Below, one piece after another: positions 1-12,208 of a stretch of 64,000 bases of DNA. The stretch comes from Lingula anatina (taxonomy: Eukaryota > Animalia > Brachiopoda), in contig CM120641.1 in assembly GCA_051362555.1 (NCBI GenBank), positions 38,198,401 through 38,262,400 of the forward strand, written 5' to 3'. The translations under genes and the position numbers were made by a program. Below the pieces are notes generated by a model, which ran no database searches, was not told where the DNA came from, and was given only the letters and a program-made list of their open reading frames with translations. Within the stretch, counting starts at the first letter, position 1; each line of letters begins with the position of its first letter.

Positions 1-53
1 GAGTTTCATAATAGCAGATGAATATTGTCAAAGATGTCACTTTATTCACACAG

Positions 54-2143
54 GCAACTACTTGGATTTGGTCTATGAAAAGAAACGGCCGTTACTTAAA
101 GCTGTGAAAAATGCTATTGCCAAGACTGCTAACATCTCCAGCATTAGAGTCCATGACATTTTTGTGAGTTCATGAATTTATTCACAGATAAGTTAATCAC
201 TGAAAGGTTGTTTGATCTCAGTTATCTTTAAATTCATATTGTAAATTTCTGTTGTTTTTTAAGTTTAGAATGATAACAGGAAGGAGTGACCCATAGTTGT
301 TTTCTTGTAGCTTTCATATCTCCACTTGTCACTTTCAGTTTGATCAGACCAATGTGAACTATGTGGACGTCTGGTTTACCCTCCTAGAGAAACCTGCAGT
401 AACTGGTGAGTGACACATACACTATATACTGTAACAACCTTTTTTATTTTGTCTCCAACTCTTAAATTAAAAAGTTATTTAGACCATTTTAAGCAGAAAG
501 GCTGAAAAATAACCTTGGAAGAAATGAATTGATAAGGAAACTGAACCTAGTGTCTGATGTACATTTGTGATATTAAAGTTAGGCATTTGCTAAAAGTTGA
601 CTTCAAACAGGAAAATTCATTGAACTCTCTCTGCTTATTGATTTGTTGATACATTTGTTTTGTATCATGGATAATATTTGTCATCTGTACACTGAATCTC
701 TACTGAAACTTGGTCAAAATGAAGTTTTGAAGAGTTCCGTTTTGTATTTATTTAGGTGATGTGCTGAATGGCACCAAAGATAACACATCTCTCAGTGCTG
801 CTAAGGCCAATCTAGAAAAGGCTGTTAAGAACAATATGGTTATCACTGTTACATATGATGACCAAAACATCAAGGTAAATATATAGCCATGACACCGTAT
901 ACCAAAAGTACCTTTCCCACCCACCTCTCCTTCTGCTCACTGTGAGGGTGGTGCATGCAGGGATTGGATGGCCAAGGGTCCTTGTTTGTTCTTTTGTGGA
1001 GTCGATCTCATCCAGCGGTTTCACATTTTAAACTAGCTTGCAGTCAGTTTTTATGGTACTTTGCATTCTTTAAGAGTTTGGCATGGAACTTTGAATGGGG
1101 ATTTCTTTTTTGTGCGTGTGTGTGTGTTTTTGTGTGTGTTTTTTTCCACTTGCATAAGCAATATGAGATTAAAATGTGTGTGACATTGGGTTGTTATTTC
1201 CCTAAGATGTTGCTTTAACTCAATTCTGTTTATTTTTTTAAAAAAGTACTTTTGTCTGGTTATATTAAGAGAATTTTCTAGTGTGATCCATCATTTTTCA
1301 GTATTGTCTTAAGCATACCTAGTGAACAATCTATTGACAGTTGCATCAATAAACTGCTAAATTATTTCATAGCAGATATTTCATTACAGAAACTTTCAAC
1401 TTGTAACTTTCAACTGAAGGACAACATTTGTAGATTATAGCTGCATCTTGCTCACCAGCTTTATGATGAATAGTGAAAGTTTAATATTTTCTCTGTAGAA
1501 TTTGAAAGTGAGACAAGGCTCTTTGTTGACAAGTGAAGATGCACTGGATCCAAGAGTCAGCCCGAAGTATATATATACTACACAAGGTTTTACTGCAGGT
1601 ATGATTGTGGTGCAAATTCTTCTTGGGCACATATCTGGCCATTTTTACAGATCAGCTCTTGGTTATTTGAATGCTTTTCAGTTATTTCTGATAATTACAA
1701 CTAATTCCATCTCAACATTGTCTTCACAGATTTTATAAATTGCACAGTATATTGCTATAAGGAAAATAAGTCAGTTTCAGTTCTCTTCTGGTTTTAAAAA
1801 TGACCCTGTGAGCAAGGATGTGCATTATTGATAAGAGACACAAATATCCAAAGTTTGTACGATAGGGTCTGGGAATGGTCTCTACAAGGCTAATTCAATA
1901 TAGGAATGATGATGTACATCCCATTTTCCCTTTTTTTAAACAAGAAATGCCTATGAGCTTAATAAGGTATGTAAATCAATTATTTTAAAACTAGTTTTAT
2001 CTATCATTATGGTGCCTTTTTCAGGAGCAATGGCTGGCCTTGGAGTTGGAATGATAGTGCTTGGCCTGTTGATTGGTGCTGCTGGAGCATTTTTTATATT
2101 CCGCAGAATGGGAGGAGAAATACCATATAGACTCACAGAGTAA
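54..2143 (+). CDS. 3' end (last 5 exons) of an uncharacterised single-pass type I membrane protein; 5' part lies outside the window
   Basis: GT-AG exons 54-163, 339-405, 756-874, 1499-1598 and 2025-2143 splice in frame. They give ...NYLDLVYEKKRPLLKAVKNAIAKTANISSIRVHDIF/FDQTNVNYVDVWFTLLEKPAVT/GDVLNGTKDNTSLSAAKANLEKAVKNNMVITVTYDDQNIK/NLKVRQGSLLTSEDALDPRVSPKYIYTTQGFTA/GAMAGLGVGMIVLGLLIGAAGAFFIFRRMGGEIPYRLTE*. There is one C-terminal TM helix followed by an RR stop-transfer, and N-glycosylation sequons in the ectodomain. Confidence 0.85.
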
Positions 2144-3360
2144 GGCATCTGGCAGCTGTGCACATGGAAAGGTTCCACCCTCATTATTTTTTTCTGTATT
2201 TGAGTTGAAGACCAATATCTCTGTATTTTCAAGACAGTGATGTATTTATGATATGTGATTGGTTTTTTGTGATTCCTTTTGGACATGACTTGCCTTTTAT
2301 GTGTGTGTGCTGTGACTACCATTCCCTTCAGTTCATACAAAAAATTTTATTACAGTAAAGTGATCTGAACACAATGTATTTACTTTGTAACAAGTGTGAT
2401 ATAGACATTTGTTTTGTATACTTTGTCCTTTATAATCAAGAAGTAACAAGTGCAGAAAGTTTTCTCAGGCTTTTTAAAAATATTATTGTGAAAATGTGCT
2501 CTAGGGACTGGCACTATACTATGTAGTGAAAATCCTGTAGATTCTGTATGCTTTGGTAATTATTTAAAATATGACATTTATAGCAGCATTTGCAACCTAT
2601 TTCCAGATCTTATGGACTTGTTTAATGTAATACTAACAGAGATTTTTTAAAATAGAAATTATTTATATAAAAAAAGTGAACAATAAGCTCAAGTATAGAC
2701 GTTTTTGTGACTTCATTAGCCAGTTTGTATCATGTAACTGCATTATATCATATATATATATTAAAAAAAGCAGTATATGAGATTTTGAATTGAAGACATA
2801 AAGGGTATTTTAAATACCCACCTTTATTAGATTTTAATGACACAATCCTTATATTTCTCTTTGTCCACTTCACTTCATGCTGTTTCTCACAATGCACTCA
2901 AATGTTTTGTTTTTTTTTTTTAGATTTTTTCATTTGCTTATCTTTGTGACCAGTTGTTACCAGATTTCTATGCAAATTCAGTCTTTTTTTTTCTTTCCTT
3001 TTATGAAGTAAGTATTCACTTGGCATGATTTTGATACAGTGATAATCAGGAAGGTTAAACGCTCTGGTAGAAAATTGTCCCCTTTTCCATTAAATCTTCT
3101 TATAGTTCTTGAAATTTGTTGCAGAACTTATTATTAAAAAATTAGAATTGCAGCTGCAGCAGGCTTGAGCCAAGCAGACAAAAAGTAGTCTTTAGAACAT
3201 ATCATCAAGTAATTTTTCAAGGTTGATTGGTATTTATAAATTGATTGGCCTTTCAGTATATGGGTCTGTCCACAGTAGTATCAACTAGGCATTAAATTTT
3301 ACATGTTGCAATAGAACATACAGTAATAATAAACATAAAATCATACTAATAGTAAACATA

Positions 3361-3506
3361 AACTAGAGGATCAGAGAGGCAATACTGCCACCGGATACTG
3401 TACCACCAGCAAGAGTAAGCGCATTCATATGGAAAACCAAAAAAAAAAACCTTTTGCTTGACAAACTCTATAAAATGCAACAAGAGTTGAACTGTTCTCA
3501 AAATAT

Positions 3507-3530
<24 letters not shown>
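3361..3530 (-). mobile_element. Truncated end fragment of the same Helentron-like (HINE) family as 29393-31704
   Basis: aactagaggatcagagaggcaatactgccaccggatactgtaccaccagcaagagtaagcgcattc closely matches 29393-29460. Confidence 0.8.
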
Positions 3531-3551
<21 letters not shown>

Positions 3552-4198
3552 AAAAAAACATAACTGTAAAAAAGTTACTTGAAATTTGAACTCCACTGAT
3601 AAGCACTCAAAGCCCTTTGTAGGTCAAATGCCATTGCTTCTTGTTCACTCACTTCTCACACTATCTTGTGTTGAAAGAAGATGGAGGGCATCGACATGTT
3701 GAGGCAAGTGAAAGCTTTCCATCAGTTTGATCATCACAACAGCAGTGATTTTGATCTGTGTCGCACCTTTTGACACTTTACTGTGGACAGACCCACATGC
3801 ACTGTATATACAAACTAACATTCCAATTTATCATTGCAAGTTTTTAAAGCTTCTGCTGAATTATTATTTTTTGTGTAATTGTGGCCACTTGTTCAATAAA
3901 CTTAATACTAAAACAACAAACCAAATTATTTGTTTATTTATTTCACCACTCCTTTCTGGTTTCCAATAAACATTTGTGCACAAAATGCATTTATTCTAAG
4001 TGCAAATGCAAAACCAACAATCATTTCCTTTTTTAATCACAGGTGGTTCATTGAAAACAATGTGGTGTAAACAATGAAACTATCAAATTCCATTTCCACA
4101 CCCAATTCTACACTAACAAATGGTAAGAAGTTTATCAGAAAACTGCTGTGTTGGCAAAGTTGGAAATTTGTCTTCTTTTTTCTGCTACATATACGCCA

Positions 4199-6506
4199 TT
4201 AATGATACTTGCATGCTTGCTCAGGAACTGAAAATACAAAAGGAAAATACATCAATGAAAAACAAATTCCAATTTTTTACTGGTTGCTCTTTGGGTTTGG
4301 CAATAGGTGTCTATTTGAACAGCACTGTCACAACTAAAATGTAGTTCCATTATTCAGACCTGATAACAAGCCTAGTTTTGATTAGTTGACAGTATTACAC
4401 CTTTTTTTTAGCCAAGTTAAGAGGACCATAGAAGAAAAATTAAAAAATTTGCTACTTACCAATCTTCACTCGATACAATATCAGGCTAGACAGTAAAAAT
4501 AATGTTGTCACCAACTGCATAACAGGTACATAACTAGGATACCTAGCATTGAAATAGGCACGGCTCCAACGCTGTTGACCTGTGAAAGGTAACATCATGA
4601 ATAACTTTTGAACATTAATGAACAATATGTGGACTTCATAACATAAAAAATATTCTAAAATCTAACGTTTAACAATATCATAAATAACATTAAAGACTGA
4701 CAGTGTAAGGCCATTGAAATTAAAATTTTGCAATCTTTGAACAGTCCTTTTATATTTTATATACTTACGGGTACTGTGAGGGTTAACCAAAAAAAAACTC
4801 CTTATACTAACTGCCTTACACATTTTTTGGATAATGGATCTATAAAACCTCAGTGTTCACTTACTGAATTCCTTAGTACAAAGTCACACTGTCACTCCAT
4901 GAAAAAAACATTTAAACCAAATGAGGGTATAGGACTTCAGCCCATTCACTTGTCATTACCTATGCCAATTTTATTATTAAGATCTTGTTCAGGGACTGAG
5001 TTACACCTCATACTCAGGCCTACCCAACTACCAGATTTGGCACCCAATGATCCTGAATTCACTGGTAAATCAGACCACAATACCCGTTTTCAAGGTGTGT
5101 ATCAGTACGCGCCTCGAAGTATCAGATGCGACACCGACCTTGCCTAATACACCATGTGACAGTGATAATTCTGAGCGGGGTTGTAAAGTAGTGCACCTCA
5201 TCTCAAAAATTGTTCTGGGGTATGATACTGCAAAATGCGTACTGACGCACACCTTGAAAACGGGTAGTGTGGTCCGATCTATCGGTAAATTTGGGATCAT
5301 TCGGTGCCAAGTCTGGTAGTTGGGTAGGCCTGATACTGATTATTATCTCAGCTCAAAATAAAGTTGTTAATTTGACAATACACATTTTGAGGTGCCTATG
5401 CATATGCTTAGCAATGAGAATAACACACATCTCTGTACTAATTTGTACATCAGTTCTGTGTCTGTATGAACAAAAAAAAAAATCTAAGAGCACCACTTGC
5501 CACCACAGAAGCAATGAGTGACGTATGTATCTTAACTCCTAGTTAAATATATATTAAGTTCAAGGTTGACATTTACATAATTCAGAGAAAGCATAGTGAC
5601 AAACCTCTGCTGATGGCACCTAAAATAGCTCCAGGTGTCTTCTTGCGCCTTGCTAGCCAGCTGCGGAGATCTCCAAGCTTCACATCTTCAAAAGGCGTAT
5701 CCTCTGAAAATAAAAATGACAGATAACTCTTGGGGTTCCCATTATGACTTTTTAAAAAAAAAAGGTTTAAAGATTTTGAAGGCATACAGTGTGAAAAATA
5801 CATTAATATACTAAAATAAATACCCTTTACCCCCCCCCCCCCCCCACCCACCCACTACCCAAAACCTGCCATTAAGAAAATTATGATCTAAAAACCTGTA
5901 AAGTGTTCTAAATTTCCAAGTTTGTGTGAAAATCGTATGGACCCTTCTTTTTTGATGTGGTGTTGGCAGTGGTTGGGTAGCACAAAATTTGTGCAATAGC
6001 AGTCTTCTTGATGATTTTGAAAAGTACATATCAAACATCGTCAATAAGGAGTGCTAGCGCATGAATTTCTTGCTATGGTGGGGGTTTCTGGGCTTCTTTT
6101 AGTAAAACTTAGTCTCCAAAAGTACTTCTAGAGTAAAGTGAATCAAGGAGTTATAACAGATTTTGTAGACTCTGCTTTATTCTTGAAGTAAATGATGAAA
6201 TGATGCTTTCGTTCTTACACCAATGAAGTAACAAAAACAAGCAGCAAGACCCAATTCTTAAGTGACAAAATTAACAGCACGTAAGAAATAAGGGTCCACA
6301 CGATTTCTCCAGACAGGGGTAGATATGTAACCCCGAAATGTTATATATTTGGAAGGTGTCACTCGGAATTCTTACTTACTTGGGCCATAATACCTATATT
6401 CCACATAGGGACCATGTATTTCAGCTTTATATCCAACTGGATATTTGTTGATTCCCTGTCCACTTGTGGTGAAATTCTTATTGAACCAGTCCTTCCAAGT
6501 AGCCAT
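4199..6506 (-). CDS. ATP5MF: Mitochondrial ATP synthase membrane subunit f, 124 aa
   Basis: Exons 6506-6380, 5703-5605, 4579-4460 and 4227-4199 total 375 nt, all GT-AG. Protein: MATWKDWFNKNFTTSGQGINKYPVGYKAEIHGPYVEYRYYGPKDTPFEDVKLGDLRSWLARRKKTPGAILGAISRGQQRWSRAYFNARYPSYVPVMQLVTTLFLLSSLILYRVKIVPEQACKYH*. It carries the subunit-f motifs HGPY..RYYG..DTPF..VKLG.L..WL.RR and terminal KYH. A CAAAATGGC (YY1/Kozak-like) motif overlaps the ATG. Confidence 0.95.
5015..5332. mobile_element. MITE with about 100-bp TIRs in ATP5MF intron 2, 5-bp TSD
   Basis: Starts CAGGCCTACCCAACTACCAGA and ends TCTGGTAGTTGGGTAGGCCTG. The imperfect inverted repeat extends about 100 bp inward. ATACT flanks both sides (5010-5014, 5333-5337). 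Confidence 0.9.
5923..6315. mobile_element. Degenerate MITE in ATP5MF intron 1
   Basis: Left end tgtgtgaaaatcgtatggaccctt matches the reverse complement of right end aagggtccacacgatttctccagaca. No clear TSD. Confidence 0.55.
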
Positions 6507-6971
6507 TTTGGAAACGAGCAGCTACACTAGTGCATTGTGGGTAATGTAACGGCTGTTACATGACCCCCCCCCCCCCCCCCCAATACCATTTCCTGTGCAT
6601 TCGGTGTCTGGGTTGCACAATGGTACATGTATGAGCAGCAACTGGACCCGACTGGGTAATTTTTAGATCCGAACACGGCCCTATAGTTTTTACATGAGAA
6701 TAATAATAATAATACGCTTTTTCATTACAAGATTTGTCTTTTTCTTTCGTAGGCACACACACTCTCTTATTTTGTTTTATCTTCAAACATGTATAGGCCT
6801 ATAAATTGTCTGGATAAAATTGTCTTTAGCTAACAACCACCCAAACCACTTGTTAAAATGTGTAAACGCGATTTAGTTGATTATATGCCGGTTAGTGGTA
6901 AACTTAGGCAAATAAATCGTTTGTTCGTACAAGCTCTGAACGCTATTTATAACCGTATAAAGCAATTTTAA

Positions 6972-7607
6972 GGTAGATCGGTCGTTACATGTTCCAACGT
7001 TCGAATTTTTTTAAAATTTTTTTTGTTTGAAGAGACACCCAAGTACATAAAAAATTTGCAAAAAAAATTGGGGGTCACCGACCAAATAAGAGAACTAGCC
7101 CCAAATATGATACACCCTGCATATCGCACTAGTCCCCATTCAAATCAATGGGAAAATGTGTGTTTTCTCACTAAAGCATTATTTTTTATGACTTTCTGGC
7201 GTTCGAATTTTTTTAAAAATTTTTTTGTGTAAAGAGGCCTCCAAGTACATTTAAATTTTACCAAAAAAATTGGGGGTTACCGACCAAATAAGAGAACTAC
7301 GCCAAGTTGAAGTGCGCTACACCCTGCGTGACGCACTAGTCCCCATTCAAATCAATGGGGAAATGGGTGTTTTTCACCAAAACGTTATTTTTCATGATTT
7401 TTCTAACGTTTGAATTTTTTTAAAAAACTTTTTTTTGTAAAGAGGCATCCAAGTAGATTTTAATTTTGCCAAAAAAGTTGGGGGTCACCGACCAAATAAG
7501 AGAACTACGCCAAGTTGAAGTGCGTTACACCCTGCGTGACGCACTAGTCGGAAGTCCCCATTCAAATCAATGGGAAAATGGGTGTTTTTCACTAAATCGT
7601 TATTTTT

Positions 7608-7654
<47 letters not shown>

Positions 7655-8597
7655 TGCGTGTGTGAAGAGACATCTAAGTACATTTAAAACTTTCGTTAGG
7701 TTTAACAGTTGAAGTGAGTATACTCAGCTATTTTCAGATTTGTCAAACTGATGAGAAGGTGTAAGCCATTAACTTTACAACAAAATTATTGAAGAGAATA
7801 ATAAGGGAAATACTCATGCAAATGAAAATAGTTTATTGCCGTTGTTATTTATTAATGAATATAACATGAACGTGACATCGTAAACACTGTGTTGTCAAGT
7901 AAAATGAAGCGTCTGATACAAAGTATCAAATGCGGCATTCACGTGCTTGCTTGCGGTGCGTTCAGTACACTTTGTTTACACTGACAAGTCAAGGTCAGAA
8001 GTGCACAATTTTTCTGTAAAATATAACGCAGTTTCAATTTTGATTAGTGAATTTTCTTCAAGCTGTAGACCCTATGGCCATTTTCTGAACATTTGTATAA
8101 GCTACGAAATATTTCTCAGCCCAAATTTCTCTAAGTCCAAATGAGTGGCGTTACGACGCACTTCCGGTTTTCGTCGAAATCTAAACTACAGCAGCACATT
8201 CAGGGCGTTCTACCTCAAAATATACGCAGCCGCTTTGATTGGAATTTACAACACTTATTCTTTACATGACATAGCACCTACGTGCATAATTTGTGAGCTT
8301 TAGCTGTCATACATTTTCTAGTGCCAATTCAAATTGGAAAAGGAGCTATTCCGACGATTTCTTGAAGGGCAAGTCTATGAACGTGCTACAGTTGTCGTAT
8401 GGAATCATAGTCGACAAACGTTGTCGAAAATCTGTATCGATCATACAGAGTTACAGACAAGTTGATAATGTGTGTTTATCTTACAGATAATTGTTTTATT
8501 TCCTTAAATTAATAAAACAGACTGAAGTGTCGTTAGAGACGATTGACGATGCGCTGAAATTGCGCAAATCGTCAAATTACGTAACGACCGATCTACC
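6972..8597. mobile_element. Non-autonomous Kolobok-type DNA transposon (1.6 kb)
   Basis: Perfect 17-bp TIR GGTAGATCGGTCGTTAC (6972-6988; reverse complement 8581-8597) and TTAA TSD (6968-6971, 8598-8601). RR..YY termini indicate Kolobok rather than piggyBac (CCY). No recognisable transposase ORF. Confidence 0.88.
6998..7690. repeat. Tandem repeat, about 205-bp unit, about 3.3 copies, inside the Kolobok element
   Basis: Units start near 6998, 7200 and 7407, each containing gggg(g)t(c/t)accgaccaaataagagaacta...ccccattcaaatcaatggg. The array ends in poly-T. Confidence 0.9.
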
Positions 8598-8601
8598 TTA
8601 A

Positions 8602-8743
8602 AGAGGGATTCTTTTTCGGAAAAAGTGGAACTTTTACCATGAAATCTTCGTGCACCTGATAAAATTTTACCGAGAGGGGACCTTTCCCCGACTAAAAGGG
8701 TGGTTCTTTTGAACGCCCCGGACCATCCCTGGCTACGTGCCTG
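8602..8743. mobile_element. Right part of a CAGGC-MITE (family of 47715-47880), interrupted by the Kolobok insertion
   Basis: Aligns with 47730-47880 and ends ctggctacgtgcctg. Its left stub cgtataaagcaatt lies at about 6954-6967. Confidence 0.8.
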
Positions 8744-8947
8744 GTATGGATTTATAAAATGGAGCTGTCTAATTATTAAGACCACAAACGTCCACAAGTA
8801 AAAAATGGTGGGGAACTCAGCTAATCCCTACATACTGCAGTAGGCCTACTAATTGATAACGAGCTCTTGTGGACAACTAACTGGTATTCTAATTGCATCA
8901 ACAATTAGTACACCTGCCAACTGACGACAGCTAATTTGAATTTTTGA

Positions 8948-9075
8948 GACAGTCACAGAAGACCGTTGAAAAATTTGAACCGTCTTCCGACAGAAAAAAT
9001 GAGATGCCCGTCAATGTAAACTTCCAAAATTCTGACAGTCTTCCAGAAGACCCAGCGGACGCCGCCCGCCCGCGC
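8948..9075. repeat. Dispersed repeat, second copy at about 41170-41310
   Basis: gtcttccgacagaaaaaatgagatgcccgtcaatgtaaactt...ctgacagtcttccagaagacccag versus gtcttccaacagaaaaaaatagataccagtcaatataaactt...ctgactgtcttccggaagacccag. Confidence 0.7.
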
Positions 9076-10366
9076 CTTACAGACAAAATCAAATAATTTT
9101 TTGATCTTTTGGAATATTAAGCATCACCCACGGAATCCAACTGCGGTTGAGATTTAATTCATTCTTTCAAAACTTCCCGAACTTGTAAAATAATTGCCAA
9201 GTAATCTATAAATTAATGTATGCTGATGCCTTGATTAAGTGCACCTGGGGCTAGTTGAACCAACTTGACTCGGGGCAAGTTGGACCCTCATATAGACCAA
9301 TTTAAGGTTAAAATTGTTAGTTACTTTTAAAACAAAAATAAATGATTCCTTCAAATACAGTTTTATACCATTATTAGTTTGTTTTAAATAGACGTATTCG
9401 TTGTTTGGCTTGCACATGAAGAATGCACACCAGGAGACCTGTATATGTGGTACTAGTAACTGTGAATCTGATGTTAAGACGAAAGTCAAGGGTTTGTTAC
9501 ATTAATGCCAGTTTAAGATGAAATTTTTAGTTTCTTTTAAAACAAGCATTTATTATTCGTTATCATTCATTAATAACCTTCTTTGTACTATATAAGTTAA
9601 TTGTAAAATAAAAAAAATTGATTCATAGATATTTGGGTTCTTGCAATTCAGACTACTACGTAACGTATAGGCCTAACAGAAACTCCAAGTTTTGTCCTTT
9701 TAAAATAGAGAAATTCAACGTTAAGCACGTAACAAGTTGGTATAGAATAGTCCTATTGCGTTTATCAAAATTATTTCAGTGGCGCAAGTGAAGTGAATAC
9801 GGCCATTTTTATTTGAGTAAAATAGGCTATATCAGCAATGATAGTTGCGTCGCATATGTCCTTTTTAGGCACAAAATACAGTTAAATGTATATTTTTCAC
9901 AGAGAAACTCGAAAACGAGGTAAGATGATGCTTTTTTTTTTATTGCAATAGAAAAAAAGCAAGTAGGGTCTACATAAATTTTACAAGCACACAATATTCA
10001 TTACAATACTTAAGTCCACAAGGATTTAACATATAAAAATTACAGTCAATAACTTGTTTACATGCAACTACACAAATCCATATATATCTATCCATTTCTG
10101 CCATATAACATTGAATTTTTCTACGTCTTGAGATACAATGTATTTTTGATGATGCTTTTTAGCAGAACAACAATCGGGCGTTGGTTTCAATATATCTATA
10201 GGCCCTACATTTCCCCCAGTATACCTGTTGATTATTTTGTCTCTTAACAATTCCCATAAAAAAGATACCGTATGGCATCTTTAAAATTTAGTTTTAGAAG
10301 TAATCGGGCCATTTTGTTTTTAAACTTAAAAGTATCTCTTTTACTAATTTTGATGATCGCACTCGT

Positions 10367-10640
10367 CAAGCCTCCGTCACACTTATTCGGAATCAGCAGT
10401 AATCAAGTAGAATGAGCCGGAACGAAGAATTTTTAAAATTCGCACCACATTCGGGAAGAAATTTCAAAGTGACCTAAATTCTTGTAAGAATATCGTTGGA
10501 ATACTCAGAATGCTCTTCGAATCCGCCCGGAAAGATTCGTGCATTTCGGGTGTATGAGCTCTCAAATGCAGCTCGAATGTAGTTGAAACACACTGAGAAT
10601 ATCGTTTATGCTGTCAGAATGCAGTTAGGATTACGCGGTT
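10367..10640. repeat. Probable fragment of a non-autonomous DNA transposon (GAAT/ATTC-rich)
   Basis: Begins aagcctccgtcacact followed by many gaat/attc subrepeats, a pattern seen in PIF/Harbinger-like MITEs. No convincing partner TIR. Confidence 0.35.
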
Positions 10641-12103
10641 TTCCTGTCATGTAGGTCCGCCATATTTAGGTCTCGGCCTTGCTAGACCTCGGCTCTTCTC
10701 GATGTGAATGCTCTGTTATTGGTTAAATTTTCTGGAAGTTATACAGTTTTTTTGTGAATTTTTTATCTTTCACACATTGACATTTTTAAGGTGTGACTTT
10801 TAACTTCAGATGGCTTGAATACCTTTGCAAGTCACATTTTCTGAATATCCATCATACTTTTATTTTATTGTTAAAAATTGATGGTCATTATGCTGTTAAG
10901 CATTATGTAACATTGTATCAAAAATGAAGAAAACCCTATTTTGGGCACTGCCTCCATAGTGACAATTAAAGGGAAACCATATCACTTACTCTTCTCAAAC
11001 TTACAGAAAAAATACTCCATTGGAAAAAGGCGCGTTAGAAAATTTTAATTCACTTCGCTCAACTGAATAGAATTATATTTTCAATTACTTCATATCGAGA
11101 TTATGCTTACATCGAAACGAATTTAAATCTTGGATTTTACACTTTTTAACAATTTCCCTTTATCCAGTGCTTAAGGTCCCGCCTCTTTTTTGGAAGTAAA
11201 ACACGATGCTTCTGATTTTGGGAGGTGGAAAATTCGATGCAGTGTACATGTACAAGGCACTGAACTCATCATGAAAAACAAACAAAAGTGATACTGAGAA
11301 AGCGGGAGTAGTAATAGTAGTAGCATGGGCACACATAGTCATGACAGTAATTATAGATTTTTAAAACATTAGCATCAGAACAATCTATGTTTAATGTGAT
11401 TAATCATGTAAAGTAATGTTACCAATTTATCTTTGCTATTTTTATTTGCGGATGTGACATTCCACTAACCGTTCGAAATATTTAAAGTGTAGTTAACAAA
11501 CTAGCATTAAAGGTACCAACCTCTGAGGCCTATGCAAGGTTCATCTACAATGAAGTTTCTTTCATGAAGAGGATAGACAGCAAGTATTTTTTTATCAGTT
11601 AAATACAAACATTTGAATATGTTAATTAATTTGTATGCTTACGTGCCTATGAAACACGAATTGTTTTTATGAAATATACGCCAAGTTATAATCTCTTCTC
11701 TTCGTTAAATGTTTCATCCATACAATGATCCAGTGTGGCCGTTTGACAGTGGGTTTTCTGTCAGTGGTGCCAATGACTTAATCCAAACTTTATTCAATGT
11801 AGGTTAATCGTCCGTAAAACTTGAAACTTATGTGTGAGATGCCCCCTTACTGGTCTGTATAAATTATTCACAATTATAATTCCCTCACATGACTTTTAAT
11901 CTCCTAGAAAATTATAATCACTGTCAACAATTTAAATTATATTAGCAGCGTGGTGCTTTTTGAAACGAAGAGATTCTGTGAAATGACAGCATTACGAACA
12001 GGAATCTGGATTATGTAATATGTCAATTACAAGCTAAATGACGGTATTGACAAGGTTGCTAGACGACACCTTCGACCTTAATAATCTGTGCGATGTATGG
12101 ACG

Positions 12104-12110
12104 TATATAA
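12104..12110 (+). promoter_or_regulatory. TATA box of the GPCR gene
   Basis: TATATAA about 100 bp upstream of ATG 12209. Confidence 0.5.
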
Positions 12111-12208
12111 GCATGAGAGCATGATGATTTCAGATTCGGTTAAGTTGCTTCTTGTGAGAGCATCAGAGGATAGCTGAGACACAGAGGTAAGCAGGACAGT
12201 TTTAAAAG

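Noticed and set aside
4334-4359. Alternative last exon of ATP5MF (GLNNGTTF*)
   Set aside because: The exon at 4227-4199 has a better acceptor and gives the conserved KYH terminus.
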